This document shows, in pieces, positions 27,405 to 36,312 of a stretch of 64,000 bases of DNA. The notes beneath the pieces are model-generated. The model saw only the letters and a list, made by a program, of their open reading frames with translations. It was not told where the DNA came from and ran no database searches. The number at the start of each line of letters is the position of its first letter. Position 1 is the first letter of the stretch. The translations under genes were made by a program, and so were the position numbers. Source of the DNA: an uncultured Rubrivivax sp. (GTDB lineage: Bacteria; Pseudomonadota; Gammaproteobacteria; Burkholderiales; Burkholderiaceae_C); the NCBI GenBank assembly GCA_964621995.1, contig CAZUPH010000001.1, positions 2,482-66,481 of the forward strand, in the 5' to 3' direction.

Positions 27405-28762
27405 CGCCAGGCGGGATCGGCAGCGGCCGGGCTCGTGTCCCAGGCCGGGTGCAGGTACAGCGCCAGCACGGCGAACCCCAGCGCATTGCCGCCGACGCCG
27501 AGGCTGGACGCCGACAGTAGATAGGTCAGGAACCACAGCAGCAGCCAGGCGGCGATCCAAGGCCCGCCGGGATCGCGCCGCGCCACCGCGACCCGCCACG
27601 CGTGCAGCGCGATCGCGCGCACCCACAACAGGGGTAGGAGCGCGGCCAGTCCGACCTGGGCGATGCCGTTGCCCAGGCCACTCTCGGTGCCGACATCGGT
27701 GTCGGCCATGGTGTAGTTGCCGCCGGCACCGAGACCTTCGCCGAGCAGGTGGCCTTCCAGCAGGTAGCGGGTGGCCGACGCGAGACCGGCCAGGTGCGAG
27801 AACGCGCCCTCCGTGTAGCCGGACTCGCCCAGCAGCAGCGCGACCGCGATGCCGACGGCCGACAGCAGGAACACCTGGCGCGGCTGCGGCGCACCCACCC
27901 AGCGCCACAGCAGCAGCAGGCCGATGAAGACCACGAAGCCCTTGGAGACCGTCAGCACGCCGGCGAGCAGGAACAGCGGCGCCCACAGCGGCACGGCGCC
28001 CGCCCACTCGGGCAGCCCGAGCGGGTCCGCGCCGAGGCGTCGCCGCGCGCGCGCGGCCAGCGCCAGCAGCAGGCCCAGCGCCAGCGTCGGCGCCAGCGTC
28101 GTCGGCTCCAGGTAGGTCGACACCAGCCGGCGCAGCACGAGGCCCGTCTGCGGCTCCAGGTCCCAGCTGAAGAAGCGGCCGCTGTGCTCGAAGGGCAGCA
28201 GGGCCCATGGATCGAGCGGGTTGGCGGCCATGTAGGCGCCGATGTCCAGCACATGCGTCCACAGCGCATCGGGCGAGAAGCGCTCGGCCAGCCCGACCAG
28301 CGCCACGAAGACGCTGGAGGCCAGCACCAGCGCCATCAGCCGCTCCAGCTGCGGGCGACTCCACGGCAGCAGCAGCAGTGCCACGAAGAGCAGCGGCACG
28401 ACGGCCAGCCGGCGCAGGTTCAGCGCCACGAGCACCGGATGCTCCGGCGAAGCCAGCGCAAAGCCGGCATAGACCACGACCAGCAGCAGCGCCCACCGTA
28501 CGCAGGCTGGTGCATGCCAGGGCCGCGGCGCGGCCAGCAGCGACGCCACCGCCAGGGTGACCAGCACCAGGATCAGGCCATCCCTGGCGCCGCCGATGAG
28601 TGTCCAAGCGGTGCTGCCGGTAAGCCGGAAGCCCACGAGGCCGATCGACGGACCGAACTGCAGTGCCACGATCAGCAGCACCATCACGACGAAGGCCGCT
28701 GGCGCGCCGCTGTTTGCGGCGGCGTGCAGCGGCAGCGCGAGCGGCGCGCGCGCGACGTTCAC
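27401..28762 (-). CDS. Polytopic membrane protein, probable Wzy-type polysaccharide polymerase
   Basis: GTG 28762 overlaps the upstream stop; about ten hydrophobic helices; R..STYLEP, SKG, H..G and G.GLG.GG..ESG motifs; embedded in the EPS operon. Confidence 0.7.
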   Translation of the reverse strand: MNVARAPLALPLHAAANSGAPAAFVVMVLLIVALQFGPSIGLVGFRLTGSTAWTLIGGARDGLILVLVTLAVASLLAAPRPWHAPACVRWALLLVVVYAGFALASPEHPVLVALNLRRLAVVPLLFVALLLLPWSRPQLERLMALVLASSVFVALVGLAERFSPDALWTHVLDIGAYMAANPLDPWALLPFEHSGRFFSWDLEPQTGLVLRRLVSTYLEPTTLAPTLALGLLLALAARARRRLGADPLGLPEWAGAVPLWAPLFLLAGVLTVSKGFVVFIGLLLLWRWVGAPQPRQVFLLSAVGIAVALLLGESGYTEGAFSHLAGLASATRYLLEGHLLGEGLGAGGNYTMADTDVGTESGLGNGIAQVGLAALLPLLWVRAIALHAWRVAVARRDPGGPWIAAWLLLWFLTYLLSASSLGVGGNALGFAVLALYLHPAWDTSPAAADPAWR

Positions 28763-29874
28763 GCCGCGCCCCCGGCGCGACGCAGTGCAGCGGCCACCGC
28801 CTCGCGGGCCTGCTGGTAGTGCCGGCCGGGCAGCTGCTCCAGCAGCCGGATCCGGGCATGGGTCACCGCCGCGCGGCGTGCAGAGGGCGTGCGCAACGAG
28901 GCCAGGGCCGTCTTCAGCCCCTCGCGGTCGCCGAAGCGATACACCGAGCGCGACGGCAGCAGTTCGTCCAGTCCGGCGCGGTCGCTGGCCACCACCGGCC
29001 ACCCGCGCGCGGTGGCCTCCAGCGCCACCAGCGGCAGCCCCTCGTAGCGCGAAGGCAGCAGCAGCAGGTCGGCACGCGCCAGCGCCTGCTCGATGGGCGC
29101 GTACGGCCGCACCTCGACGCGGTGCGGCCCGAGCGCGGAGGCCAGGGTCTGCAGCAGCGCTTCCCCGGGGCCGCGGCCCTGGAAGAGCCAGCGGCAGCCC
29201 TGCGCCAGCTGGGCATCGTCGAGCAGCGTCTGCACCAGCCAGTCCAGACCCTTCTGGTGCAGGTCGTAGCGCCCGACGTAGCCCACGCGCAGGCGGCCGT
29301 CGGTGGCAAGCGCAGGCGGCGACGGCGCCGCGCCGCGCAGCGACACCCGGTTCGGCAGCGTCAGCACGGTGCCGCGCACCCGCCAGTCGTCGCGCAGCAC
29401 CCTCGCCTGCCGATCGCCCAGCGTGATGAAGCCCTGCACGCGCGACAACCAGGGCGCGAGCGCCCGGTCGCGCAGGCCGGCGTGCCGGTACCCCATGTCC
29501 GCGGCGCGAAAGGTCATCGGCACGTAGATCCAGGTCGGGCGACTGCCGAGCACGGCGGCCGCGGTGAGCCAGGCCTGGGCATGCAGCACGCCCGGCGCCA
29601 GCAGCAGCGGCCGCGCGCCGCCCGCGACGCCCAGCGCGCGCAGTGCGTCGCGCCGGCGTGTGATAGGTAGGGCACGGTCGACCGTCTCGGCCAGCCCATG
29701 GGCCTGCGCCAGCTCCTCCAGCGGCGGCGGCAGCAGCAGGCGTGGCCGCAGCGCGTCATGCCGCATCGCATCGGCCAGCCAGCCGAACAATGCCTTCTCG
29801 TGGCCACCGGCGTCGCGCGGCGTCAGCAGCACGTCCAGGTCGACCCGCTGCGGGTGCTGGGCCGAGCTGCTCAC
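28759..29874 (-). CDS. GT4-family glycosyltransferase
   Basis: GTG 29874; AGGHE, GYVGRYDLHQKGLD, LPSRYEGLPLVALEATARGWPVVASD (EX7E motif). Confidence 0.88.
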   Translation of the reverse strand: MSSSAQHPQRVDLDVLLTPRDAGGHEKALFGWLADAMRHDALRPRLLLPPPLEELAQAHGLAETVDRALPITRRRDALRALGVAGGARPLLLAPGVLHAQAWLTAAAVLGSRPTWIYVPMTFRAADMGYRHAGLRDRALAPWLSRVQGFITLGDRQARVLRDDWRVRGTVLTLPNRVSLRGAAPSPPALATDGRLRVGYVGRYDLHQKGLDWLVQTLLDDAQLAQGCRWLFQGRGPGEALLQTLASALGPHRVEVRPYAPIEQALARADLLLLPSRYEGLPLVALEATARGWPVVASDRAGLDELLPSRSVYRFGDREGLKTALASLRTPSARRAAVTHARIRLLEQLPGRHYQQAREAVAAALRRAGGAA

Positions 29875-31154
29875 GGGTGCTGCAGCCTCGGGCCGGGCCG
29901 CCACCCGGGGGCCGGCATGCGCACCAGCGCGCGCACGAAGAAGGCCAGGCCGTGGGGCCGCAGCGCGTGCGCGAACCACAGCGTGCCCAACGCCCCGCCC
30001 AGCGCCCACGAGACGGCCAGCCCGACCGGCCCGAGCAGCGCCAGCGCGACGAGCGCCAGCAGCAGATCGGCCAGCGTCCACTGCAGGTGCACCCGGGCCG
30101 CGGCATGCGGCGTGACCGTCACCAGCAGCCAGGGCGCGAGCACGGCCAGCGGCAGGCCGCCCACCATGCGCAGCAAGAGCCCTGGCAGCAGCGACAGCGC
30201 GAGCTGCCAGCGCCCGTTCCAAAGCCACGCGTCGGCGGCGTGCAGCAGCGGCAGCGTCAGCGCCAGCATCGGCAGCGCCCACAACGCCAGGCGGCGCAGT
30301 GCGTGCGCCGCATGCACCGCGCGGCGCACGGGCGACAGCGGGCGCAGCGCCGGCACCGCGGTGCGCGCGACGGTGGCCGCCAGCACCTGCGAAGCCAGCG
30401 CGCAGGCCATCAGACTGAAGGCATAGGCCCCGGCCCAGGCGGCTCCGAACCAGGGACCGACGAGCCAGAGGTGGACCTGGTCGCGCAGCATCGACAACGC
30501 GGCGATGCCCTGCAGCACGAGCCCGTCGCGCCACGGCAGCGCGTCGCAGGCCGTGCGCAGCACGGCCGCCGGGCCGGCCGCGCCGGCGCCGATCCGCAGC
30601 CAGGCGGCACGTCCAAGCCGGCCCGCCACCATCCCGGCCGCGAGGGCCGAGAACGCGTCGATGCCGGACGCCAGCAGTGCCGCGGGCAGCACGAATTCGA
30701 GCACCGTCGCGGCCCCCTCGGCACGACCCACCGGGTGAAAGGACCCCGCCCGCTCCAGGCGGGCGAGCGCCACCAGCGACACGGCGTGCGACAGCAGATA
30801 GCAGACCACCGCCATCGCGACCAGCGCGGCATCGGCCACGGGGACCACGCCATGGCCGGCCAGCACCGCGGCGGCCGCGACGGCCAGCATCGACAGCACC
30901 ACGGCCAGGGCCCCGATGCGTCGCGTGAGCCGCCTCTCGGCGCGCGCGGACAGGTCCTGCGGATGACGCACCAATGCCGTCTTGAAGCCGCCGTCGACGA
31001 GCAGCATGGCGGCCCGGCCGGCGCCCAGCGCCAGGGCCCAGACAGCGAGCTGCCGGGCGTCCAGCCAGGCCGCGTAGGCGCCCGCGCTGCCCAGCGCCGC
31101 CAGCAGGGTCAGCGCCTGCGCCGCGCCGAGCGTGCCCGTGCCGCGCGGCCTCAT
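29871..31154 (-). CDS. wzx: Wzx-like oligosaccharide flippase
   Basis: ATG 31154 overlaps the upstream stop; highly hydrophobic; DGGFKTALVR; LVGPWFGAAWAGAYAFS. Confidence 0.72.
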   Translation of the reverse strand: MRPRGTGTLGAAQALTLLAALGSAGAYAAWLDARQLAVWALALGAGRAAMLLVDGGFKTALVRHPQDLSARAERRLTRRIGALAVVLSMLAVAAAAVLAGHGVVPVADAALVAMAVVCYLLSHAVSLVALARLERAGSFHPVGRAEGAATVLEFVLPAALLASGIDAFSALAAGMVAGRLGRAAWLRIGAGAAGPAAVLRTACDALPWRDGLVLQGIAALSMLRDQVHLWLVGPWFGAAWAGAYAFSLMACALASQVLAATVARTAVPALRPLSPVRRAVHAAHALRRLALWALPMLALTLPLLHAADAWLWNGRWQLALSLLPGLLLRMVGGLPLAVLAPWLLVTVTPHAAARVHLQWTLADLLLALVALALLGPVGLAVSWALGGALGTLWFAHALRPHGLAFFVRALVRMPAPGWRPGPRLQHP

Positions 31155-32431
31155 CGTGGCCCTGCCCCTGGATCCGGCGGGACGGCGGCTGGCCCTCGCA
31201 GCGCGGCGGCGCTGCGGCGCCGCTCGCGCCAGCGCGCGACCCAGCCCAGCCGGCGCTCGGGCAGCACCGAGCGCACCTGCGACAGCCGGCGAACATACTG
31301 CTCGTCCTGCAGCGCGAGCCGGCCGCGATGGCGCATCAGGATCCATGCCGCCTGCAGCGCGAAGCCCAGCATCAGGCCGGTCGCTGCCCACAGCAGCGGC
31401 CGGGGGCTGGCCGGCGTGTAGACCGGCTGCGCCTGGTCGAGCACCTGGACGGGGACCGGGTCGGACGCCTCGTCGAAACGCGCCGCCTCCAGCTGGCGCG
31501 TCAGCGTGTCGACCAGCTGCTCGGCATAACGAAGCTCACGCACGTGGGCCACGAAGGTGCCGGAGCCCTCCTCGCGCGGCACTTCCAGGCGCGCGAGCTG
31601 CGCGCGCATCGCGGCGATCTCGGCGCGTGCCAGCGCGACCTCGGTGCTGCCCTCGGCGCGCACGCGGGACAGCGCGGCCAGTCGCACCTCGGCGGCGGTG
31701 ATCTCGGCCTGCTGCCGGGCGTAGGCCAGGGCCGCCGCCCCGGGCTCCGTGCGAAGCGCGGCGCGGTCGTAGCCGCTCTCGCGCAGGCGCTGCTCGGCCT
31801 GGGCCAGCGAGCGCCGCGCGCGCTCGACCTGCTGCTCGTAGAAGCTGCGCCGCTGGCGCGCCTCGTCGAGCGCGAAGCCGCGCAACAGCAGCTTGAGTTC
31901 CTCGACCACCTGGTTGGCGATGGCCGCGGCACGGTGCGGGTGCGGGTCGAGCATCTCGACGTAGACCACGCCTTCGCGGCGTGCGATCGTCAGGTCCAGG
32001 CGCCGCATCAGCAGCGCGCGCGCGCTGGCGGCGTCGCGCAGTTGCCAGGCCCTGACGAGATCGAAGCGCTCGACCAACCTTGCCGCCACGTGCTGGCTGC
32101 GCAGCATCGCCACATGCAGGTCGATCGCACTGGCGCCGCCCGGTGCGATCACCGTCAGGCCCGGCACGGCGCCGGCGCCGACCGCGCCCGAGGGCCGCTG
32201 CACCGCGGTGACCACGAAGCTGGACTGGCCGACGAACATCAGCGGTCGGTGCAGCGAGATGCCGAACAGCACCGCACCGAGCAGCAGCGCGCTGATCGCG
32301 AGCCGCCAACGCTGGCTCCACAGCGGCAGCGCGACCTCCAGCCAGCCCAGGCTGGGTGGCGGCCAGGCGACCGCCGGCGCCGCCAGCGTGACCTGCGGTC
32401 GCGACGAGGCCTCGCGCGAGTCGCTGACCAT
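31151..32431 (-). CDS. Polysaccharide chain-length determinant / co-polymerase (Wzz/GNVR-like, no kinase domain)
   Basis: Two transmembrane segments flanking a coiled-coil; MLRSQHVA..LVERFDL; VQVLDQA.P...ASPRP before TM2. Confidence 0.82.
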   Translation of the reverse strand: MVSDSREASSRPQVTLAAPAVAWPPPSLGWLEVALPLWSQRWRLAISALLLGAVLFGISLHRPLMFVGQSSFVVTAVQRPSGAVGAGAVPGLTVIAPGGASAIDLHVAMLRSQHVAARLVERFDLVRAWQLRDAASARALLMRRLDLTIARREGVVYVEMLDPHPHRAAAIANQVVEELKLLLRGFALDEARQRRSFYEQQVERARRSLAQAEQRLRESGYDRAALRTEPGAAALAYARQQAEITAAEVRLAALSRVRAEGSTEVALARAEIAAMRAQLARLEVPREEGSGTFVAHVRELRYAEQLVDTLTRQLEAARFDEASDPVPVQVLDQAQPVYTPASPRPLLWAATGLMLGFALQAAWILMRHRGRLALQDEQYVRRLSQVRSVLPERRLGWVARWRERRRSAAALRGPAAVPPDPGAGPR

Positions 32432-32434
32432 CGG

Positions 32435-34297
32435 CTAGAGCAGCGTCAGCAGCGCGGCCAGGCCGATGCCGAGCTGGTACAGGATCTGCGTCCAGTCCTT
32501 GAAGCCCTGCACCGTGGTCACCCGGTCCAGCCGCTCGGGAACGAAGACCGTGTCGCCCGGCAAGGCGGGCTCGGCCTCGAACTGCTCGCGGCCGTTCCAC
32601 CAGCCGCCCTGCCGCGCCGACAGCACACTGCCGTTCGCGCGCACGACGAACATCGAGCGGGCCTCCGCCGTCTCGGTGGGGCCGCCGGCACGCGCCACGT
32701 AGTCGCCCAGGCTGCGTCCACCGTCGTGCACGAAGCTGCCGCCGTTGAACACGGTGCCGAAGACGCCCACGCTCTGGCCACGCGGCGGTACACGCACGAA
32801 GTCGCCGTCCTCCAGCACCAGCGCCGGCAGGGACTCCGCCCCGGGCGCCACATCGAGCACCAGCCGGCCCTCGGGGCGGCGAAGCCGCAGGCGTGAGATC
32901 AGCTCGCGCAGCGCCGCCTCCTGGGCAGCCGGGTTCTCGCCGCCGGCGCCGCGCACGGTGGCCAGCCGCGCCGCCTCCGCCTCCATCTCCTGGAGCGCGC
33001 GCAGGTAGTTCGCCTCCTGCAGCAGACGCACCCGCTCACGTCGCAGCTCGGTGCCGAACAGGAACGCCGCCGCTGTCGTGCCGCCTGCCGCGGCCACCGC
33101 GTCGGCCAGCGACGCGTCAGGCGGAAGCACGTAGTCCCCGGGACGCAGCACCTCGCCCTCGATGCGCACGCGCTTGTTGCCCAGCAGCGTCGGACGTGCG
33201 GCCTCCATGCGGGACGGCACGCGGATCAGGTCGCCATCGGCCAGCGGCCGGGTGGCATCCTCGGGCCACCGCAGCTGCACGACGCGGGTCAGTTCATCAC
33301 CGCGCCGCCGTTCGAGCTCCACGCGGTCGCCGTCGGCCACCGCCGAGAATCCGCCGGCCAGCCTGAGCACCTCGGCCAGGGTGTGGCCGGGCAGGGTTTC
33401 GAAGACCGCCGTCCGGTTGACGGCGCCGAAGACGGCGACCTGCGGACCGACGGGTTCGACATGGACCACGTCGCCCGGCAGCAGCATCGGGTCATCGCCG
33501 TCCTGACCCTTGGCCAGCAGGGCATAGCGATCGTAGGTCCGGACTTCCGCGCCGCCGCGTCGCAGGCGCACCTGCCGCAGGCTGCCGCCTGCGGAGGCCA
33601 CGTCGAGGCGGTCCAGGGCCCGCGACAGCGTGCTGAGGCCCGGCAGCAGACGGTCGCCGGGGTGGTCGACGAAACCCGTCACGCGGATGCGGATCGGGGC
33701 CACGTCGGTGATCGCGACGCCCAGGTCGAAGCCGCGGTACACCAGCTGGAGCCGCGCGCGCAGACGGTCGGCGAGCTGTGCCGCCGGCACACCGGCCACC
33801 CCGACCGGGCCGACCCGCGGCAGGACGACCCGGCCTCCCCGGTCCACGACCAGCCGCCACTCCCCTTCCACACTGCCCCAGACATTGACCAGGAGTTCGT
33901 CGCCGACCTGCACGGGATAGTCCGCCGGCACGAGCACCGAGGCGTGGCCGACCCGCTCCTCGAGACCCGGCGGGCGCGGCTCGGCGCCGAAACGCCAGAG
34001 TGGGCGGCCCCCGTTCGCGGCAGAGGCGAGGCGCTCGAAGTCCGTCGCCTCGCGAACCGGCTGCGGCGCCGGGGCCGCTCGCTCGCTGCCAGCCGGGATC
34101 ACGATGGTTCTCGCGGCAGTCGCTGGCGGATGGGTATCCATCGGTGCCGATGCCCCGACCGCAGCTGGCGGCGGCGCCGACGACACGCCCAGGCGCTCGA
34201 CCGGACTCACGGTCTGTGCGGGCAGGGACTGCCAAGGACCGACCAGCACCGACAGGCTGGCCGCGGCGAGCAGGCGCCGGTGCGGAAGGATCGTCAT
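32435..34297 (-). CDS. Polysaccharide export protein with multiple SLBB domains (Wza/KpsD-like)
   Basis: VPADYPVQVGDELLVNVWGSVE...VDRGGRVVLPRVGPV export motif; repeated SLBB units; ends FKDWTQILYQLGIGLAAL. Start at ATG 34297. Confidence 0.88.
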   Translation of the reverse strand: MTILPHRRLLAAASLSVLVGPWQSLPAQTVSPVERLGVSSAPPPAAVGASAPMDTHPPATAARTIVIPAGSERAAPAPQPVREATDFERLASAANGGRPLWRFGAEPRPPGLEERVGHASVLVPADYPVQVGDELLVNVWGSVEGEWRLVVDRGGRVVLPRVGPVGVAGVPAAQLADRLRARLQLVYRGFDLGVAITDVAPIRIRVTGFVDHPGDRLLPGLSTLSRALDRLDVASAGGSLRQVRLRRGGAEVRTYDRYALLAKGQDGDDPMLLPGDVVHVEPVGPQVAVFGAVNRTAVFETLPGHTLAEVLRLAGGFSAVADGDRVELERRRGDELTRVVQLRWPEDATRPLADGDLIRVPSRMEAARPTLLGNKRVRIEGEVLRPGDYVLPPDASLADAVAAAGGTTAAAFLFGTELRRERVRLLQEANYLRALQEMEAEAARLATVRGAGGENPAAQEAALRELISRLRLRRPEGRLVLDVAPGAESLPALVLEDGDFVRVPPRGQSVGVFGTVFNGGSFVHDGGRSLGDYVARAGGPTETAEARSMFVVRANGSVLSARQGGWWNGREQFEAEPALPGDTVFVPERLDRVTTVQGFKDWTQILYQLGIGLAALLTLL

Positions 34298-34373
34298 GAA
34301 CTGCGAAGGCCAGTCCGCCACAACTCGGGCGGCGTGAAACCGTGGAGGCGTCGGTCGGAAGCGCCGGCTGATC

Positions 34374-34458
34374 TGGTCAGAAAAGACTATGTGCCGCTCG
34401 TGACCTCGACATGACCGATGTCTGACCTTTGGTGCAGTCCACTGATCCGAACGGCACA
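34374..34458. promoter_or_regulatory. Two candidate EpsA boxes upstream of the EPS operon
   Basis: TGGTCA-GAAA-AGACTA (34374-34389) and TGATCC-GAAC-GGCACA (34443-34458). Confidence 0.5.
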
Positions 34459-34764
34459 TGGCACCATGCTCGGCGCCTTGGCACCCGGCGTACGCATGTG
34501 TCTGTTCGTGATTCGCTCCTCGAGCCGCGCCAGCGCAGTGACGTTCCGCGCAACCCCGGCGAGACCGGTGCGTGGTAGCGCGTCGGCGGTCGCCGCGGTG
34601 AGCGGTCGCCTGCGGCTCGGATCGACCCGGCGATGGCGCGCCAACGATGACCCCGGGGTCCACGGTCCCCTGAGGGGCTCGGCGGCGAAGCGGACCACAG
34701 ACACGCAACTGCACAGCCTGCTGTAGGCCCACGTCCGACTGTGGACCACGGTCGCGGCCCGGGT

Positions 34765-35166
34765 TCAGCCTGCGGCGGCTGGCGAAAAGGACAGTTCCAC
34801 CCGGGCCCCGTCCGGGTCGACCAGGAAAATCTGCCAGATCCCGCTGTCGGCCAGCCGCCGGCTCTCGAACGGCTGGCCGGCAGCCCGAAGGCGGTGCTCG
34901 AAGGCGGCCCTGTCCTGCGCCTCGAGGGCGAAGTGGTCGATCGTGCTTGCGGCGCCGGTGGCGGTGTCGGTCCCGGCTTGGCCCGTGACCGAGGACACGC
35001 GCGGCAACACGTGCACCACCGCGGCGTCGCCGACGTAGAACCAGCGCCCGGGCACGGGAATGGCCGGGCGCGGCCCCACGCGCATTCCGAGAAGGCCGCA
35101 GTAGAAGCGCTCGGTGCGATCGAAATCGGTGCTGCGCACCGTGACATGGCCCAGAGAAACCAGCAT
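34765..35166 (-). CDS. VOC/glyoxalase-family protein
   Basis: LGHVTVR..D..RTERFY..LLG, IDHFAL, QIFLVDPDGARVEL; real start ATG 35166 lies inside the longer track ORF. Confidence 0.88.
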   Translation of the reverse strand: MLVSLGHVTVRSTDFDRTERFYCGLLGMRVGPRPAIPVPGRWFYVGDAAVVHVLPRVSSVTGQAGTDTATGAASTIDHFALEAQDRAAFEHRLRAAGQPFESRRLADSGIWQIFLVDPDGARVELSFSPAAAG

Positions 35167-35183
35167 GGTGGAACCTGCAGTGC

Positions 35184-36185
35184 TCAGGGCTTCTGGGCCG
35201 TGGCGGTTGACGGCGGGGTTGCCGCGGTCCCGGGTTTGGGCGCCCAACTCCGGGTCTCGCTCTCGATCACCCGGGCGAATCCGGCAGCGTTCATCACGCC
35301 AGGCATCGCGCCCATGGCGGCCAGACGCTCCTTCAGCGCCGGGGACACCATCGCTTTCTGCAACTCGGCCTCCAGGCGCTGCAGCACCGCCGCCGGCGTG
35401 CCCGCAGGCGCCAGCACGCCGAACCAGGACAAGGACTCGAATCCCGGCAGCCCGCTCTCGCTGACGGTCGGCAGGTCGGGCGCTGCCGGCGCGCGCGTGG
35501 CGGACGACACGGCCAGGGCACGCACCTTGCCGTCCCTGATGAGCGGCAGAGCCACCGTGATGTTGCCGAACATCAGTTGCACCCGCCCGGCGATCACGTC
35601 GGGCCACGGATTGCCCGGGTTGGGCACGTGCACCATGTCCAGGCCCGCCATGCTGTTCATCAACTCGCCGGCGCGGTGCTGCGAGAAGCCGATGCCGCCC
35701 GACCCGTAGCTGAACTTGCCCGGCTGGCTGCGCACCAGCGCCAGCAGTTCCTGCACGCTGCGCGCCGGCACGTCGTTGGCCACCACCAGCACGTTGGGCG
35801 TGACGACAAGCTGCGCGATGGGCGCCAGGTCGCGCAGCGCTTCGTAGGGCGGCTTGACGCCATAGGCGCCGCCGGTGAGCACCAGCGCGGCGTCGCCCGA
35901 CAGCACCAGCGTGTGGCCGTCGGGCGCCGACTTCGCCACGCGGTCCACGCCGATGGTGCCGCCGGCGCCCGGCACGTTCTCCACCACGACGTTGGTCGAC
36001 AGCGACTCGGTCAGGGCCGGCGCAAGCAACCGGGCCAGCACGTCGGGGGCCGTGCCGGCGGCGAACGGCACCACGAGGCGGACGGGCTTGGTGGGATAGG
36101 CGGCCGGCGCCTGCGCCAACGCGAGCCCCGGTGCGCCGCCCAGGGCCAGGGCGGCGGTCAGCATGAGGTGCGTTCTGCGGTGCAT
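35184..36185 (-). CDS. Bug/TctC tripartite tricarboxylate transporter substrate-binding protein
   Basis: YPTKPVRLVVPFAAG...DVLARL, VVENVPGAGGTIG..VAKSAPDGHTL, PDLPTVSESGLPGFE..SWFG. Confidence 0.92.
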   Translation of the reverse strand: MHRRTHLMLTAALALGGAPGLALAQAPAAYPTKPVRLVVPFAAGTAPDVLARLLAPALTESLSTNVVVENVPGAGGTIGVDRVAKSAPDGHTLVLSGDAALVLTGGAYGVKPPYEALRDLAPIAQLVVTPNVLVVANDVPARSVQELLALVRSQPGKFSYGSGGIGFSQHRAGELMNSMAGLDMVHVPNPGNPWPDVIAGRVQLMFGNITVALPLIRDGKVRALAVSSATRAPAAPDLPTVSESGLPGFESLSWFGVLAPAGTPAAVLQRLEAELQKAMVSPALKERLAAMGAMPGVMNAAGFARVIESETRSWAPKPGTAATPPSTATAQKP

Positions 36186-36312
36186 GTCGATCTCCTCCGA
36201 CGGGTCGTCGCCATGATGGCCGGCGGTGTCTCTTCCGGTTCGAGGCGCGACTCAAGGAGTTCTCGGGATTTTCTCAAGCAGGCGCTTGTACCGGGCACCT
36301 ATAGTGTCAGGG

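Noticed and set aside
26166-31296. Track ORFs of 897 aa and 845 aa suggesting giant glycosyltransferase fusions
   Set aside because: Their N-terminal halves overlap neighbouring genes out of frame; true starts at 27404 and 29874 are supported by stop/start overlaps.
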